From Syncephalis fuscata S228 (taxonomy: Eukaryota; Fungi; Zoopagomycota): 64,000 bases of DNA. Location: positions 248,001 through 312,000 of the forward strand of contig JAHLTZ010000026.1 in assembly GCA_025786725.1 (NCBI GenBank), given 5' to 3'. The stretch's first letter is position 1, and each line of letters starts with the position of its first letter. The position numbers and the translations under genes were made by a program. Below are positions 14,836 to 29,910 of the stretch, piece after piece. The notes under the pieces are model-generated. The model made no database searches. It was not told the origin of the DNA and saw only the letters and a list, made by a program, of their open reading frames with translations.

Positions 14836-16123
14836 ATGTCATCTCCTTTTCGAAAGCCGCTTACAAAAAGGTCTTTAGAGGCGCGCGGCTCGTCATCTCG
14901 GCAGCGACGACGTCTTTCGAATGCGCATACACTTGATCCGGATGGCCTACTGATGGCACCTATGTCTCCCGGGCCGAAGCCGTTTACGCCGGGCCGGTTG
15001 CGCATATCCTTTAATGGCCATCGACACCAAGAATCAAACTATTTTACCGAACCGCCGCCATTAATCAGAAAGATGGAATCTTACAAACAAAAGGTTATTG
15101 TACTTGACGATAGCAGCGACAGTGGCCATTTACATAATCAGCCATTGTATACTAAGCGAGACCAAGCAATGCCGCATACATCCGATACATCTAATTTGAC
15201 ATGTAAAGCACCACAGTCACCTTTGCATAGAAAAGGCGCCATTTTTCAACCAGAGAGCAATTTCGATCAACTTGATATAGATACAGAGCAAATGCTAGAT
15301 GCTTATCGGACACCAACGCCACCGCCTCAGTCAAGTAGTCCAGTCTCCGCTAGTGAGTACATCCTACCGTTTTCTGTTGCCGTAAGCACTATAGTATATT
15401 GCCATATGCTAGCCTAACATCAAACATTTAGTGGAAGCCAGAAACAGATACTCGACCGCACGGACCAAATGCAATAGCCTTATCGACTGTACAGCAAGAT
15501 GTCTCGCATACTACCACAACATCCCTACTTGTGACTACTACGAAAGCGCCGCCTGAGCCAGAAAAAGCGCCGCTGGCCATACCATCCGAAATACCATCAA
15601 ATATTACTAGTCTATCTATCGCTATGATTGCTAAGAACATGCCACCAAGACAAGAGGCCGTCACAACTCGTGGTAAAACAACCGATTGTGCCTCTCACGA
15701 CTCTTTATCGTATACACGAGGAGCACTTGTTTCCCCTCAATTGACGCATCAATCGCCTGTTAATTTAGGCCTCAATGCCAATTGTCCACTCGTCAAATCT
15801 ATTCAGTTATCAACCACAGCAGGTGAAAAAACAGCAAAAGCCGCACTTGGATCTGCCATTGATGTTATGGAATGGCAGCCAACACTCCATTCATTGCTTG
15901 AACGATTGGCTCAACTAAAAATGTAAGTAAATATTATAGTCACATTTAATAATTAATGTAAAATAGTAAAAATGAGCAATTTGCCAACTCTATTATAGCT
16001 GAACTTGATGAACGCCAGAAAGAACTAGCTGCCGAACAAGCCCACTTGCAAACCAAATGGAATACTGCACGAGGCACGGTAATACAATTGAAAGTGCGTA
16101 CAGAATGTGACCTTATTGATTAA
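14836..16123 (+). CDS. Hypothetical protein: Ser/Pro/Thr-rich disordered N-terminus, C-terminal coiled coil; 3 exons
   Basis: ORFs 14836-15417 and 15531-15926 join through gtaagc..ttag and gtaagt..atag introns to a final exon ...ELDERQKELAAEQAHLQTKW. No family recognised. Confidence 0.6.
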
Positions 16124-16858
16124 ACTAAATGTTTCTGATATTCAATTACTGTTATAAAATGTATTATTTTAAATTTTTCTTGTTTTTTTTATAAATTTTG
16201 TTTATTATTATAAGGCAAATAATTGAACTGAATAGTTGAGTGTGGAAAGTATTTAGTTGGCCAACAACGTAAATCAGTACACTTTGTGTCGGTAAATTAA
16301 TAACTATTTAAATTTTGTATTTTTTTGTAGTTGTTGATAGTTGGACTATAATAAATTTTAACGTAATATGCAATCGTATATATAATAAAATCTATTAAAC
16401 AAGACTAATAAATTACTCTAATGTAATAATAGCACACTTACATGCTCACATTTCAATACTTACACTTACTTCCGATCTCATGTGATTATTAAAAATAACA
16501 GTGATGATATTCACGTGAATATGAAGTAATTTTCATGGTGTTTCATATAGATAATGCCAAACGTTTACAATTTGCAATGCACGTGCCAAGAAATGGGGAA
16601 ATACTGAGAAAGCTTTTTATACAATCAAACTGACGTTGCTATATCCGTGCTACTTATCATCACATATCAATTGTACTGACTGACACATGTGATCATATAC
16701 TCATCTGCTGTACTGCCCCAATTAACATGGCTCTCTAAAAAGCGATATAAAATGGCCATCCCCAGCCAGTAGCTCACTCGGCCACCAACACTATTCTCTT
16801 TCATTTTCACGTCTACGCTTAGCTTAAGCCACAGCTTATACCAACAAACACTAACACA

Positions 16859-18091
16859 ATGACCGGTTTCCAAATGACAGTATGTTTTATATTGACTTTA
16901 TTTTAATCAATACTTAGTTGCGATACGTTTATAGATCCCAGAGACGCCAACACCAAAGTTGGTTTACGTCAAGAATATCTCGCCCGAGGCCACTGAAGAG
17001 AAAGGTACGTGATAGGCACTTTATCAGTAGCACTATAGTAACCATTGTTATGCTAGTTCGCGAATTTTTCCTTTTCTGTGGCAAGATCAGCGAATTTGAA
17101 GTTATCACGTAAGTAATAACCACACAAATACTTGTAATAGCATGGTATTGACTCTTGAACTCAACCCAACCCAAATGATAGCTCTAGCAATGGTGACAAA
17201 GAAGCATTGGTGATGTTTGAGAAAGGTAAGTTTCATCAATTTAACAATGCTAATACATTCACTTGCTAACTAGTAGATTTAATTAATCATTCAACTTTAT
17301 TAAACATTTAGACTCTGCCGCCAAGACAGCAACTATGCTTTCCAATGCCGTGATTGCTGAAAAGCAAATCAATGTAGAATACTACTTCAAGGATGAATAT
17401 TCCGGTGAACACCGAAGCACCGAGCCCGAATCCAGCGATGGCAATGTCTCGCAAGAAGAAAAGGTAGGTTTATTAGCTAATTAATCCAGTTACCGCGATA
17501 CAACTAACAGAATATAATGATAGCCAAAGACTTCAATTGTAACTGAATTGCTTGCTGCCGGCTTTTCTCTCTCTGTTACCATCATTAACCGTGCCAAGAC
17601 ATTCGATGGTAAGTAATTGTAACTCTATTATCGAGTTATTAATTTTATATTTTTACCGATTTATTACAGAGAAATACGGTGTAATGAACAAAGCCCAAAC
17701 TGCCTATCAACAAGCACTTACAGAATGTATGTAGCTTTTTCTTTATTTTTCTGCAATTATTTACTGACCAATTCATCCGTATAAATAGTGACCAAACTTG
17801 ATGAAAAATACAAAGTCCGCGATATGGTCGTCACTCGTGCCACCGCACTTAACGAATCCTACAAGATTACCGACAAAATCTACTATGCGGCCAACCAAAT
17901 GCAAACGGCCGCTACTCGCGCCTTAGAGACTGGTCCAGGTCAACAAGCCAGCAAGCTATTGTCACAAGCCACCACTCGTGCCATTGATACCGTTAATGAG
18001 TCACGCAAGCTTGCTGTAAGCTATTCATTTTTATTATTGCGCGCTATTTATTAACCAATTATTACCAATATAGGAAAAGCAAACCGAGTAA
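16859..18091 (+). CDS. RRM-domain protein, fungal Vip1-like, many small exons
   Basis: Spliced: VYVKNISPEATEEKVREFFLFCGKISEFE...ALVMFEK..AAKTATMLSNAVI...QEEKPKTSIVTELLAAGF...LDEKYKV, matching the Vip1-like pattern. Confidence 0.75.
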
Positions 18092-18276
18092 CTTGTCTAG
18101 TCTCCAAGTTGTTTATAACAATAACAACAACGATATCCACAACAGTATCACAATCAATCAATAAACCATCTACTTATCCAATCTGTTTATTTTCTTGTGC
18201 ACACAACGCTAATCAAAGTATGAAATATTACTTCTATTTCATTCCATTGATTAATATGCTTATTATGTTTATTCAA

Positions 18277-19248
18277 CTATTGCGGTGGTGGCAATGGTGG
18301 ATTCTTGACCTTTTTCTTTTCTTCAATCACTGTTTCCACGGCATCTTCAGTTACCTAAACAAATAGGGTATTAATCAATGGCTGTTGTAACTTGTTAAAT
18401 AACTAGTTACCACTGGCCAAGTAGATAGAATTAATTCACGAACATCATCGGTCACATCTCCTTGCACTACAATCTCATCTTTGCCTTGGTTATTCTTGGT
18501 GACAGATGAGCCACATGCAAATCGATTAGCAAACATTTTGGCGGCTTTCTTCAAATCCACATCTAATATAGTGATGATTAACGTTTGCATTCTATACCGT
18601 TTATTAAATAATTACCAAATAGATGTAATCCAAAAATACTTGTAACATGCTTGCGACGATTTCTTTCAATACGTTTGATAATCACTCTATTGGCCTGATC
18701 ATCATCTATTGATAAATAACACTTTGTTCTAGTTACTCAATTACTTACCGGTGGTTTTGACTTTTTACTAATGCCCATACCGCCTATACTGATGCATGAG
18801 TCATAATGCTACTAATAAATACCACTTGCTTACCCCATGCTGGCTTCTTTTCAGCCTTGCCTCCCGCATCGGCATCGTTGACTATTTATGTTGTTGTTAT
18901 ATTATCATTAAACTGGCCTATAAAACAGCTCATTTTGCCACTTGCCTTGTGCATCGCCATAGAGCTGTTCAAACCAAGCCTCGTCATGATCCTTGAGCCA
19001 TTGCTGACATTTGGTCAGTGTAGATCCAAACTCGCAGTACTAATAGTATATATATGTGTGTGTGACAGATAAGAATAGCAATTATAAAGCAATTGTTAGA
19101 TTTACCTCTGGAGGAAGTGTACAAACTATAGTGACGTATATTAGTTAGTTAGGATAAGTAAACCTGTCGTCACTTTATTATTGTTATTACCTTCGCAATA
19201 AACAACTTCTTGTTGCTGCAACGTAGATAGAATTTCTGTATCAGCCAT
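18277..19248 (-). CDS. TMA22: Density-regulated protein DENR/Tma22 (SUI1 domain)
   Basis: VVYCEVCTLPPEYCEF zinc site; IKRIERNRRKHVT; DLKKAAKMFANRFACGSSVTKNNQGKDEIVVQGD. Confidence 0.93.
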
Positions 19249-19617
19249 GATCAAATAGTAAATAGCAAAGAAACAATAATGCAAATAGGAGAAAGTGTAT
19301 TATGGACTAACAGCTATATTATTCATAGTCAACTGTCAGTTTAGATACTGATAAACTTCTTTGAAACGCCAAGGATGTGTGCCACTAAAAATCCCATACA
19401 ACTTACAAAATGTCGATTTGGCTCTTTCTCAGTTACGACCACAACGACGGCAACCGATATTATCTGTATCGGCAACTATATCTATACTATCTATCTATAC
19501 TATCTATCTATCTAGCAATATATTTTGCTATAGGTCATTCTGTTCTGGCCACTACTGCCGACTAGTCTTCTTCTTTACTATTATTATTAGTGTGATTATT
19601 GCTAATTCAGTTTCATC

Positions 19618-21858
19618 ATGGAAGACAGTCCAGTGGCCAAGGTAAGCAAGCTGCGCGGACCAGTGACTGTCTTCATATAGCTGTGCCGTAGATTCATGAA
19701 CTTGCTCAGTCAGCAGAAACGCATGTTCAGCGTAACCAACTGCCTAAAGCGCTTGCATTATACCTGGAATTGCTAGGTAGGTCTTTAATAAAATGCCAGC
19801 CACTATTAACAGCAAAACCAAAGACCGGCTGCCCAAAGTCATAGATAATATCGACGATCCACAGGTACGTCAACCGATTGTTAGTGTTATATCAATATAC
19901 CTATATGACAATTATAGGTAGTAGATACACTTACTATGATGCAAAAAACCTATGAGCGATCGGCAAATGATATTCAGCGCCGTGTACGACGAGAAGAACA
20001 GCAGTTACAGTTGCAACAACAAACAACAATCGTTACCAATAAATTCACAGACTACATCAACACCACCTGTTTCATTCCGTGGTAATAAATCAAAGTATAT
20101 GCAAGGCTCGTCAACCAATCTGGCCAATTCATATGCTTCATTAAATCGGGCCAAAATGCGTAATTCTGTAAGTTCGGTCCACGCCATCCCACCTCGACCA
20201 ATGAATAGAGCCACGAGTGCTAAATCTATGTTATCCCATTCAACTGCTTCATTGCCGGCGGCTCGCCCACCAATGTCGATGTCGAGTCTTGGCACAGAGA
20301 GTACATCATTGAATACATTACCGAATAAAAGTAATGATAGCAGTACCGTACTGCCCCTAACTCAGCCACTCTCTGGCCACAACGCTTTAAATGAAACTGG
20401 CTACACTAATGAGCCTGCAGAACGACCACTACCTTCATGGGATGGTAAGTAGATGCTGTATTGAAACTAAGCATTAATAATACATTAATTAGGATCTAAC
20501 TCATCTTATATGGTACTTCCGGGCCGGGTAAGTAACGGTTGGTGTATACGGCATCCACTTATTAAATACGATAGAATGTAAGCACGGATCCATTTGAAAA
20601 GTTTTGGGAAGCTGTTGAATCTTTGATGGATCGTATATCAAATCCGGTGGCTCTTTCAACCGTGCCTCTATACGATTCAGAATATATGGAGAATATGCGA
20701 CAAAACCTTGCTCAAGCTCAAGTATCAATCTATCAACAGCCTTCAATGTTTGCATCGGCGCCATCCTCGCAAGGCTCACAGCATTTGCCACCACTTCGAA
20801 TAGTTCAGGAGGAAGGTGTTGTAAGTAATGCTGCTGCTATGGAAGAGCTTCTATCTACACAGCATGGCTCAGACTCGCCTTCTGAAGAACTGGACATGGC
20901 ATTCTCTGGATCGCCTACTCATAGAACGATGTCTGACTCGTTTTGCCTAGTTGATCGGCCCAGTAGCCTTAATGGTGATGGTAGAAAGAATGCACGACCA
21001 TCTATTGATAATTTTATTTATGATGGAGCACATACTGCTGGCTGCAATAGCACATTAATTCGCGATGCTATAGAGGATATTAACAAACCATTTTTAACTA
21101 TGTAAGTCATTATATTAATTGGCAATACTAGTTTAATGTTTTTATATTCAAATGAATAGAAACACCAATTCGCAAAAATCAGTTGAAGAATATGCCCTTG
21201 AAAATGAACAGTTAAAACAAATGGTTGATATGCTATCTAATCGAGTAGTGGCTCTTGAAAAAGTAAGTAATGTGAAATATTTGTTTATTAAATATTAAAT
21301 ATTAAATAATTAATAGTCAGAAGAGGAGAATGCAGTATTCCGTAATAATCTGGATAATTTCCGTGAAGGTATTAAGAAACAGGTAAGTGTATAATTATAT
21401 TATCTCATTTAAGCTTATTTTATATATAGGCACAAGTATTATTACAAAGTCAAGATTTAGTAAGATCTTCGCTATTACAGCGTTCAATGGGATCGAATGA
21501 ACTATCAGGTAAATAACATATATTATTATTTATCACTCATTCAAACACAGCATCGATTAGTGGCACAACTACAGCGCCGAATACAAGAACTTGAAGATGA
21601 AGTACGTGATTTGTCGGCGATTAAGGATAAACAGGCAAGTAATAACAACGACGATGGTCGCCCAGCACTTATGTAAACTAAAAGGCGGTCACTATTGCGA
21701 AATTCAAACGTAACTGGCATCGTATAAAGGAATCGGCTAAACAAAAACAAGAAACAGATTTGAATCCATTACCAATAGAAACATCGGCCAACCACACTGT
21801 ATCCGAGCCAATTGCCGATTCAATTATATATACGACCACGCCTTCAATGCCTAGTTAA
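19618..21858 (+). CDS. Atg38/NRBF2-like autophagy PI3K complex I subunit (N-terminal MIT-like helices, AIM-like motifs, coiled coils)
   Basis: Spliced N-terminus MEDSPVAKIHELAQSAE..; DPFEKFWEAVESLMDRISNPVA; KSVEEYALENEQLKQMVDMLSNRV; C-terminal IAKFKRNWHRIKESAK. Recognised by motif similarity only. Confidence 0.6.
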
Positions 21859-22200
21859 CTTACTTGTCTTTACAATAAATCTATTTCCTTGTTTATTTTC
21901 TTATTTAAAATATCATTAGTTTGATAATAGTATCAAATTAATAGTATTGCAAATTATAGGCTACTTATGCTAACCATATATACTTTAATAATTTAACAAT
22001 TAATGATTAACGAGTTAATGAAATGTTTTGATTACAATAGATCGTTAGTTACACTAGTGTTAAATTACTTTATTCAATATTTCTGTTATAGTTTTTTTAT
22101 TGGTATTTATCGATAAATATCAACTAGATCCTAAGCAAGACAGTGTAGAAAAGATTTAGAAACAAATAAACATTTAGATATAGCGAATCGCCCTTATGGA

Positions 22201-23277
22201 TTACGAATATAGTGTGGCAGATGAAAAAGAATTGAAAAACAGTGTATCGTCCGTTACTGCATCGGCATAATTAATGGATAATGCTGGTTGTAGTGTTACC
22301 GGTTCATCCAATACTGATTGAGGATTTTGCCATGCTGGACGATTTGTAAATTCTTGATTTAATCTTTCTTTAAATACGTCCCAGTCATCTCCATTATGGG
22401 CATAGACATTTGATGGTTCCTTTGAACCACTTTGTTGATTCATAGATATAGATGTATTAATATAGGTATCTGTTGAATGGCCGGTTGGTGGCGCTGGCTG
22501 TCTAACTGATTCGGGGTCCGTTGCTGTATTATCATCGCTATATTTGCGCCTCCAATTACCCAATAATTCGGCACCTCGTCCCACGGGACATTGTAACCAA
22601 TAAAGTAAAATTAATTTAATTGGATGATAGGCGGCAAATCTATCCTGTATCTGTTTGTTCCAATGTTCAATTAATTGAAGAACAGAGAATACTGTCCAAT
22701 AAGCAAGCCAGCGTCTTGCCTCTTTTATCCATCGTTGAGCGGTAAGTGCCGTCTCGTTATGCGATCGATTAGAAGCACCACTATTATTACTATTGCCATT
22801 TAATGGCGTTCTTAATAATCGCCAAGTACTTATGGTAGGATAAATAATACCGGTCAGTGTAATAAATAGGCCGCGTGATTCTTTATACAGCCAACGCAGT
22901 CCAATCGCTGCACCCAGCATAGCCGCTATAAAAATATGCACCGGTGAAAATCCTAAATAGACCAAGAGACGCGATAATGGATTTAGCACGAATAGCCGCT
23001 CTAGACCGTCAAATCGCATTACTACTTGGCGTTGCAAAAAGCGCAGTAGCCAATTACGCGGCACAGTTATTACACGTCGACCAGGCACTTGCTGCTGTGT
23101 TGTAAGCCAGGAATCTAGTCGTCGCGTTACCCGTAGTAAATTGTTTTTGGTCGCAGCATTTTCCGCTATACCGCCGGGGTCATTCGCGTCATTAAGATGT
23201 GTATTCTGTGCTACAGGTGTCATTGATATGGAAGCCAGTGAGTTAGAGTTAAAGGAGTAATGTAGCGAACTGGACAT
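22201..23277 (-). CDS. TB2/DP1/HVA22 (REEP/Yop1-family) membrane protein
   Basis: TGIIYPTIST..., RRWLAYWTVFS, YHPIKLILLYWL..P..RGA are the family motifs. Start codon uncertain. Confidence 0.8.
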   Translation of the reverse strand: MSSSLHYSFNSNSLASISMTPVAQNTHLNDANDPGGIAENAATKNNLLRVTRRLDSWLTTQQQVPGRRVITVPRNWLLRFLQRQVVMRFDGLERLFVLNPLSRLLVYLGFSPVHIFIAAMLGAAIGLRWLYKESRGLFITLTGIIYPTISTWRLLRTPLNGNSNNSGASNRSHNETALTAQRWIKEARRWLAYWTVFSVLQLIEHWNKQIQDRFAAYHPIKLILLYWLQCPVGRGAELLGNWRRKYSDDNTATDPESVRQPAPPTGHSTDTYINTSISMNQQSGSKEPSNVYAHNGDDWDVFKERLNQEFTNRPAWQNPQSVLDEPVTLQPALSINYADAVTDDTLFFNSFSSATLYS

Positions 23278-23521
23278 CAAAGGTAGATTTAATAAGGAGT
23301 AAAACGACAAAAGAAAGCGGTAACGAATTTATAAACTTGTACTAGGCACACCATCCATAATCGTAATTCCCAATGAATCCCATTTTTATTGTATTTATAC
23401 TCATTTATCTATTAATAAATGAATAGTAATTAATTAAATATTGGCCAACAGTTTGCTATAATTGTACACATAGTAGATATTAATGATATGTATTAGTTAA
23501 ATAGTCAACGTTAGATAATAT

Positions 23522-26344
23522 TTATTCAGTTCTTGTACGTTTGCGCATATCGCCTTTTTGTTTATAATGACCGGTCTTTCGTTTTACCTAATATATAATA
23601 ATTAGATAACATATCTTATTAATGTCACTGCTAATACAACTATTTACCGAATTAACCAGCATAGCTAGGCTTTTATCACCGTTATTTGTATGGTTACTCT
23701 TATCTTTCATTATCTATGATAGATAATTAACATTCTAGTAATAGTAGTTGTCGTACAATTTAATGCTTACTTTAGATGCCGATTCTTCCGCTTTACTTGC
23801 GATATTACGACGTTGTCTTTCATCTAATAGCTGTTTCATAGCATTGGTCTTTTTAAATCTATTCAAGAGTTAAGGTTATTTGTTTCTTATTTGCACGCCA
23901 TTCTATAGTTATACAGTCGTAATAATAAAGGATACTGTGGATTGGTAGGATCAATGGCAAAGTGGTGCGATTCATGAAGTGCAGCAAATCGAGGATCGCT
24001 CACATCAACCTTAAAGTTATCTTGTAATTCGTCATTATCGTCATTATCGTCATTACCATGTCGTTTACGATTCTGTTTCTTTCCTTTACGCTTTTCGTTC
24101 TTTATAATCTTCTTCATATCAAAGTGTTCACGATCATCCTTTGAATCCATAAGTAGTAATTCCAACTCGGCACGCTCTCTATCACGTTCCAATTTCTCTT
24201 CTTCTGTTAAACGCTCATTCTTTTTGTTCTTTTTACCGCGTGTCTTGGTTGACGTTGGTTCATCGACTAAATTGGTATTATATTTAGTACACGTACACGA
24301 TTGAATAAATAACAATGCAATTTACCTGCAAACCCTTCTTCTTCTAATGCTTCACGGAAATATGGATCATCCATATCAACTTCACCATCTGAATATAGTG
24401 CTAGATTAACATTAATGTCAATGACTAGTCTAGCAGGTTATTATCTATAGCGTTACCATTGCCATTATCCGTAGTATTAGAATGCTTCTGTTGCTGTTTT
24501 TCTTTACGGGCTTGACGCTTTTCACGTTGTTTTCGCAAATACTTGTCGAGCGTTGTCTCTTCTTTTTGCTCCTATTCAAAGTCAACCGTCTATTTATATC
24601 AACTATATAACTGCTTACTTCTCGTGCCTTCTTCTTCTCCAACAATTCAGATGCTGCTTCACTTAGTCCAGGTGTAAAGGTAATTTCCATATCACCTTCT
24701 GGCGCTGCATCTTCATCATCATCAGCTGCTGTTTCTTTTAATAGACTCTTGTAACGCTGGCGCATATCCTCCACACCTTCACCTTCGCTTTCATCAGATG
24801 ATGTGGCCAAATAAGCTTTAAAGTCCATTTCCTGCAGCTCATTCTTATTAAACTTTTGTCGCATTACTTTAGCACGATCTGGGTCATCGTCATCCCAGGT
24901 TAATGTGATATTTGAATGTTGTAATGCCTGAGTGGCAAAGTCGAGTTTCTTATGTGTTTGTGAACTACTAGTTGCCACACCTCTATTATCATATGTTATA
25001 TGCCATATTATCAGTATGTTATTATAAACTATAATTAGTAGCATAGCTTACACTGGTTCATCATCAAAGGTCATATCATCGGGAATAAACCGTAGATCAA
25101 AAAAGTTTGATGTAGCCTCTACTTCTGCTCCATCACATTGTTGATAAATAGTATGAGCTGTACTTGTCTTATCACATTCTACAACTGCAAAATAATACCG
25201 CAATCGTTCAATTTGATATTTACGTAGCGCATTTTGATCAAATTCCTCTCCATATCATCTTTAACCAAGGATTCTTCGGTGACTTCTTCATCTTCATCAC
25301 TATCAAATCCGATTCGTTGTTGTTACCAAAGATCTCTTTGGGTGGCCTTCACGTGCTTCCTATAAGTAATATATTGAATATTAATTCAATACTATATAAT
25401 TACACTTACTTGTTCTAAACGCTGTTTACCAAATTCTGATGTATAAATCTTAACTGAACAAATCGTCGTACCATCTGGCTTGAATCCATTAAAAATAGTA
25501 AAAAATCACTGGCCTAAATATTAAATATTAATATTAAATAACGCACTACTATAAATATATATATAATATATAGTCTTTATAAGCATACCTTTAAATGATC
25601 CCAATCTAAGTTAACTACACCAATACGTTTAGTAGCATCACCAAGTGGATCTATAATATTAATTTAATATAATATATTTACACGATATCATATTAATCCT
25701 ACCGCTTCTTCATCTTCGCCATCTTCATCTTCACCTTCATCTTCACCTTCAACTGCCAATCCATTTCGCCATCTGAATCAGATTCACTTGATTCTGATGA
25801 TGAAGCTACACCTTCTCCACGCATAGGATCATAATGTTCTTCTTTATGTAATATAGAGTCACTTTCTTCATTGGATTCATCACTTGAATTGGATGCTATT
25901 TGAGCATCTAGTTCTTGATCACTATATTCCTCTTCGCCTTCTTCATCTTCATCGCTGGATGCCGCACTATTCTTTTCTTCTTCACGAATTCGATAGTAAC
26001 GTTTAAGTTCACGTTGACCAGCATTCTCTTGTAACTTTCTTCCATACTGATCTACCTTGGCTATTGACCACAACAAGCGGAATTAGTGCCTAATCCTTGT
26101 ATATTTGTACTGTTAACGACTTACGTTTACCGCTGAATTCCTCGCTAGTCATCATATGCGAGAAGCGTTCATCCAAATCTATTTTAACGGAATCCTTCTT
26201 TGCCCGTTGGAATCGTGGGTCATAATGGACACGGGCAAAGCGAGTATCGGTAGTAACAGGAGCGCGTTCACCACTACTGTTGGCAGTAGCGCCCTTCTTA
26301 CTACCATCTTCCGATGAACCCTTTGACTTATTCCTCTTGCCCAT
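23522..26344 (-). CDS. ESF1: Pre-rRNA processing protein ESF1 (NUC153 domain), ~12 exons including one U12 intron
   Basis: DTRFARVHYDPRF, VVNLDWDHL, RLRYYFAVVEC, LTWDDDD, GDMEITFTPGL, DPRFAALHESHHFAIDPTNPQFKKT. Contains some apparent 1-nt indels. Confidence 0.93.
23859..23935 (-). other. U12-type (minor spliceosome) GT-AG intron, 77 nt, in ESF1
   Basis: Minus strand: CA|GTATCCTTT donor, ACCTTAAC branch site close to the 3' end, short non-pyrimidine tail ..GAATAG|A. Splicing restores NPQFKKT. Confidence 0.88.
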
Positions 26345-26450
26345 AATGAAATATATTAATACTAATATACTATCAGTACTAACGCAATAATAAAAGAGTA
26401 AAATAAAAAAAGACAAGTTTACATTAAAAAAAAGAAAGAAAATTTAATAA

Positions 26451-26460
26451 ATCACGTGAT
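26451..26460. promoter_or_regulatory. Palindromic E-box ATCACGTGAT in the 217-bp bidirectional ESF1/ERH promoter
   Basis: Perfect 10-bp palindrome next to an A-tract between divergent ATGs (26344 and 26562). Function is inferred. Confidence 0.35.
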
Positions 26461-26561
26461 TTAATCTATTCATTAAACTGACACCTTCTTGGCGTAAGCC
26501 ATTAAACTTGTTCCTATTTTTACTTGTTTACTACTCGTCTGTTCGTCATCTCTATTGAAAT

Positions 26562-27094
26562 ATGGTAAGTAGCGTGGAGTAAAAGAGAAGATTGCGTAAT
26601 AACTATACGATCTTCAGACTACGCACACTATTTTACTTATTCAACGCGATTCAAATCCAAAAACGCGTACGTTCTCTGAACATGAAACAGTAAGCGCGGC
26701 AATGCAAGGTACATACAAAGCTGCTCTATTTTAGCCTATTTAACACAATGTATACTGAATGCTTGTTGAATATAGCACTCGTTGAGACGTATCAGGCTCG
26801 TCTTAAGGCGCTTCATCCACGAGAGGCAAATATTACATACGATATTGAGGATTTGTACCGGTATATAGATGGCTATTCTGAACTCGCTGCTCTAGTGTAA
26901 GCTATTAGAATGAAATTAATTATTTTTATTGTAATCTAATGATATTAAATGTAATAATCGCTTTATTGTTATGTATATATGATATATATATATATATATA
27001 TAGATTTGATTCAAAGCAAATGGCCTATGCACCACGCGATAAAGCCTGGATTAAAGAGCGCATTCATCATTTGCTTGCTCGTTCGCAAAGATAA
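26562..27094 (+). CDS. ERH: Enhancer of rudimentary homolog; first exon encodes only the ATG
   Basis: M|TTHTILLIQRDSNPKTRTFSEHET..ITYDIEDLYRYID..ELAALV|FD...YAPRDKAWIKERI. Confidence 0.93.
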
Positions 27095-27157
27095 TAGCCA
27101 TAATGTGGGCATAGCTCGTATAATTAAAAAGCAGCACAAAGAAGCTGTTTATTACGT

Positions 27158-28628
<1,471 letters not shown>

Positions 28629-28713
28629 TCACTCGTGTACAGCCAACATTTTTAAACATTATCTACTGTATCAAAACTTACTAAGCCGGGTCTTTTCCAG
28701 TTCCAGTTACAAT

Positions 28714-29910
28714 ATGGCGTGGCGTTGTACCGGTACACTGTCCGGTTTATTAGTTTAATTAATGGCTTACCATGATATTATAGGAAACAGTAACGCAGAG
28801 CTGATAGATAACTTGGATGGTAGCTATTAAGCAGCTTTAACACCACTAATTAAGTATTAACGAGCATAACTTGTAGAATCGGGCATTGTCCGGTCAACTC
28901 AAGTTATTGAAGCTATGAAGCAAATCGATCGAGGTCATTACGCACCTGATATGCCTTATCAAGATGCACCACAAACCATCGGCTACAATGCTACTATTTC
29001 AGCACCGTAAGTGTTACTATTAGTTTAAAAAATAGCATGTTAATTGCCATTTTATTTCGCTTAGACATATGCATGCCTATGCTTTAGAAGCATTGAAAGA
29101 CTATTTGAAGCCTGGTATGAAGGGTAAGCAGAGCCGCTACTACTACTACCACTACTGCTGCTATTGCCTATACACGATTAACACACTATTGATAGCATTG
29201 GATATTGGTAGTGGGTCGGGCTATTTGTGTAGCTGTATGGCAGCTATGGTAAGTACACTATATTAAATACAATTAACTATATTATTTACATTTAATTAAT
29301 AGGTCGGCGATACAGGCAAGGTTGTAGGCGTTGAACATATCGAACAATTGAATCAACAAGCTCGTAAGAATATTATGGCTGACCATCCAGAATATCTTGA
29401 ACAAAACCGTGTCCAGCTTATTACAGGCGATGGTCGACTTGGTTATGCCGATGAAGCACCATTTGATTGCATGTAAGTCATTAATACTATTGATTGATTA
29501 AACTAACCAACTGTTATATAGTCACGTTGGTGCAGCTGCCAGTCAATCACCCAGTGAAGTAAGTATCTATTCTATTATTTAATATTAATTAATTAACACA
29601 TTGGTGATGTTTAATCAGTTATTAAAACAGCTCAAGTCACCTGGCCGGTAATTACCATTATTGCTATTAATAATGTGCTTAAATAACAGTTAACAAATAA
29701 TCAATATGAATAGCATGTTTATTCCTGAAGGTGCTGGCTTTAGACAATCTATTATCCAATACGATAAAGCTAGTGATGGCACTGTGTCAAAGGGCCGTTT
29801 AATGGATGTGATGGTAAGTTGTTGGTTAGTTAGTTAGTTATAATACAAATAATAATTATTGTTATTAGTATGTACCATTGACAGATAAACAAGAGCAATG
29901 GCAAGAGTAA
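28714..29910 (+). CDS. PCM1: Protein-L-isoaspartate O-methyltransferase
   Basis: [76 protein letters not shown]. Confidence 0.95.

Noticed and set aside
15004-15012. ATATCCTTT, a perfect AT-AC U12 donor sequence
   Set aside because: Lies in an uninterrupted ORF with no downstream CCTTAAC branch or AC acceptor; likely chance.
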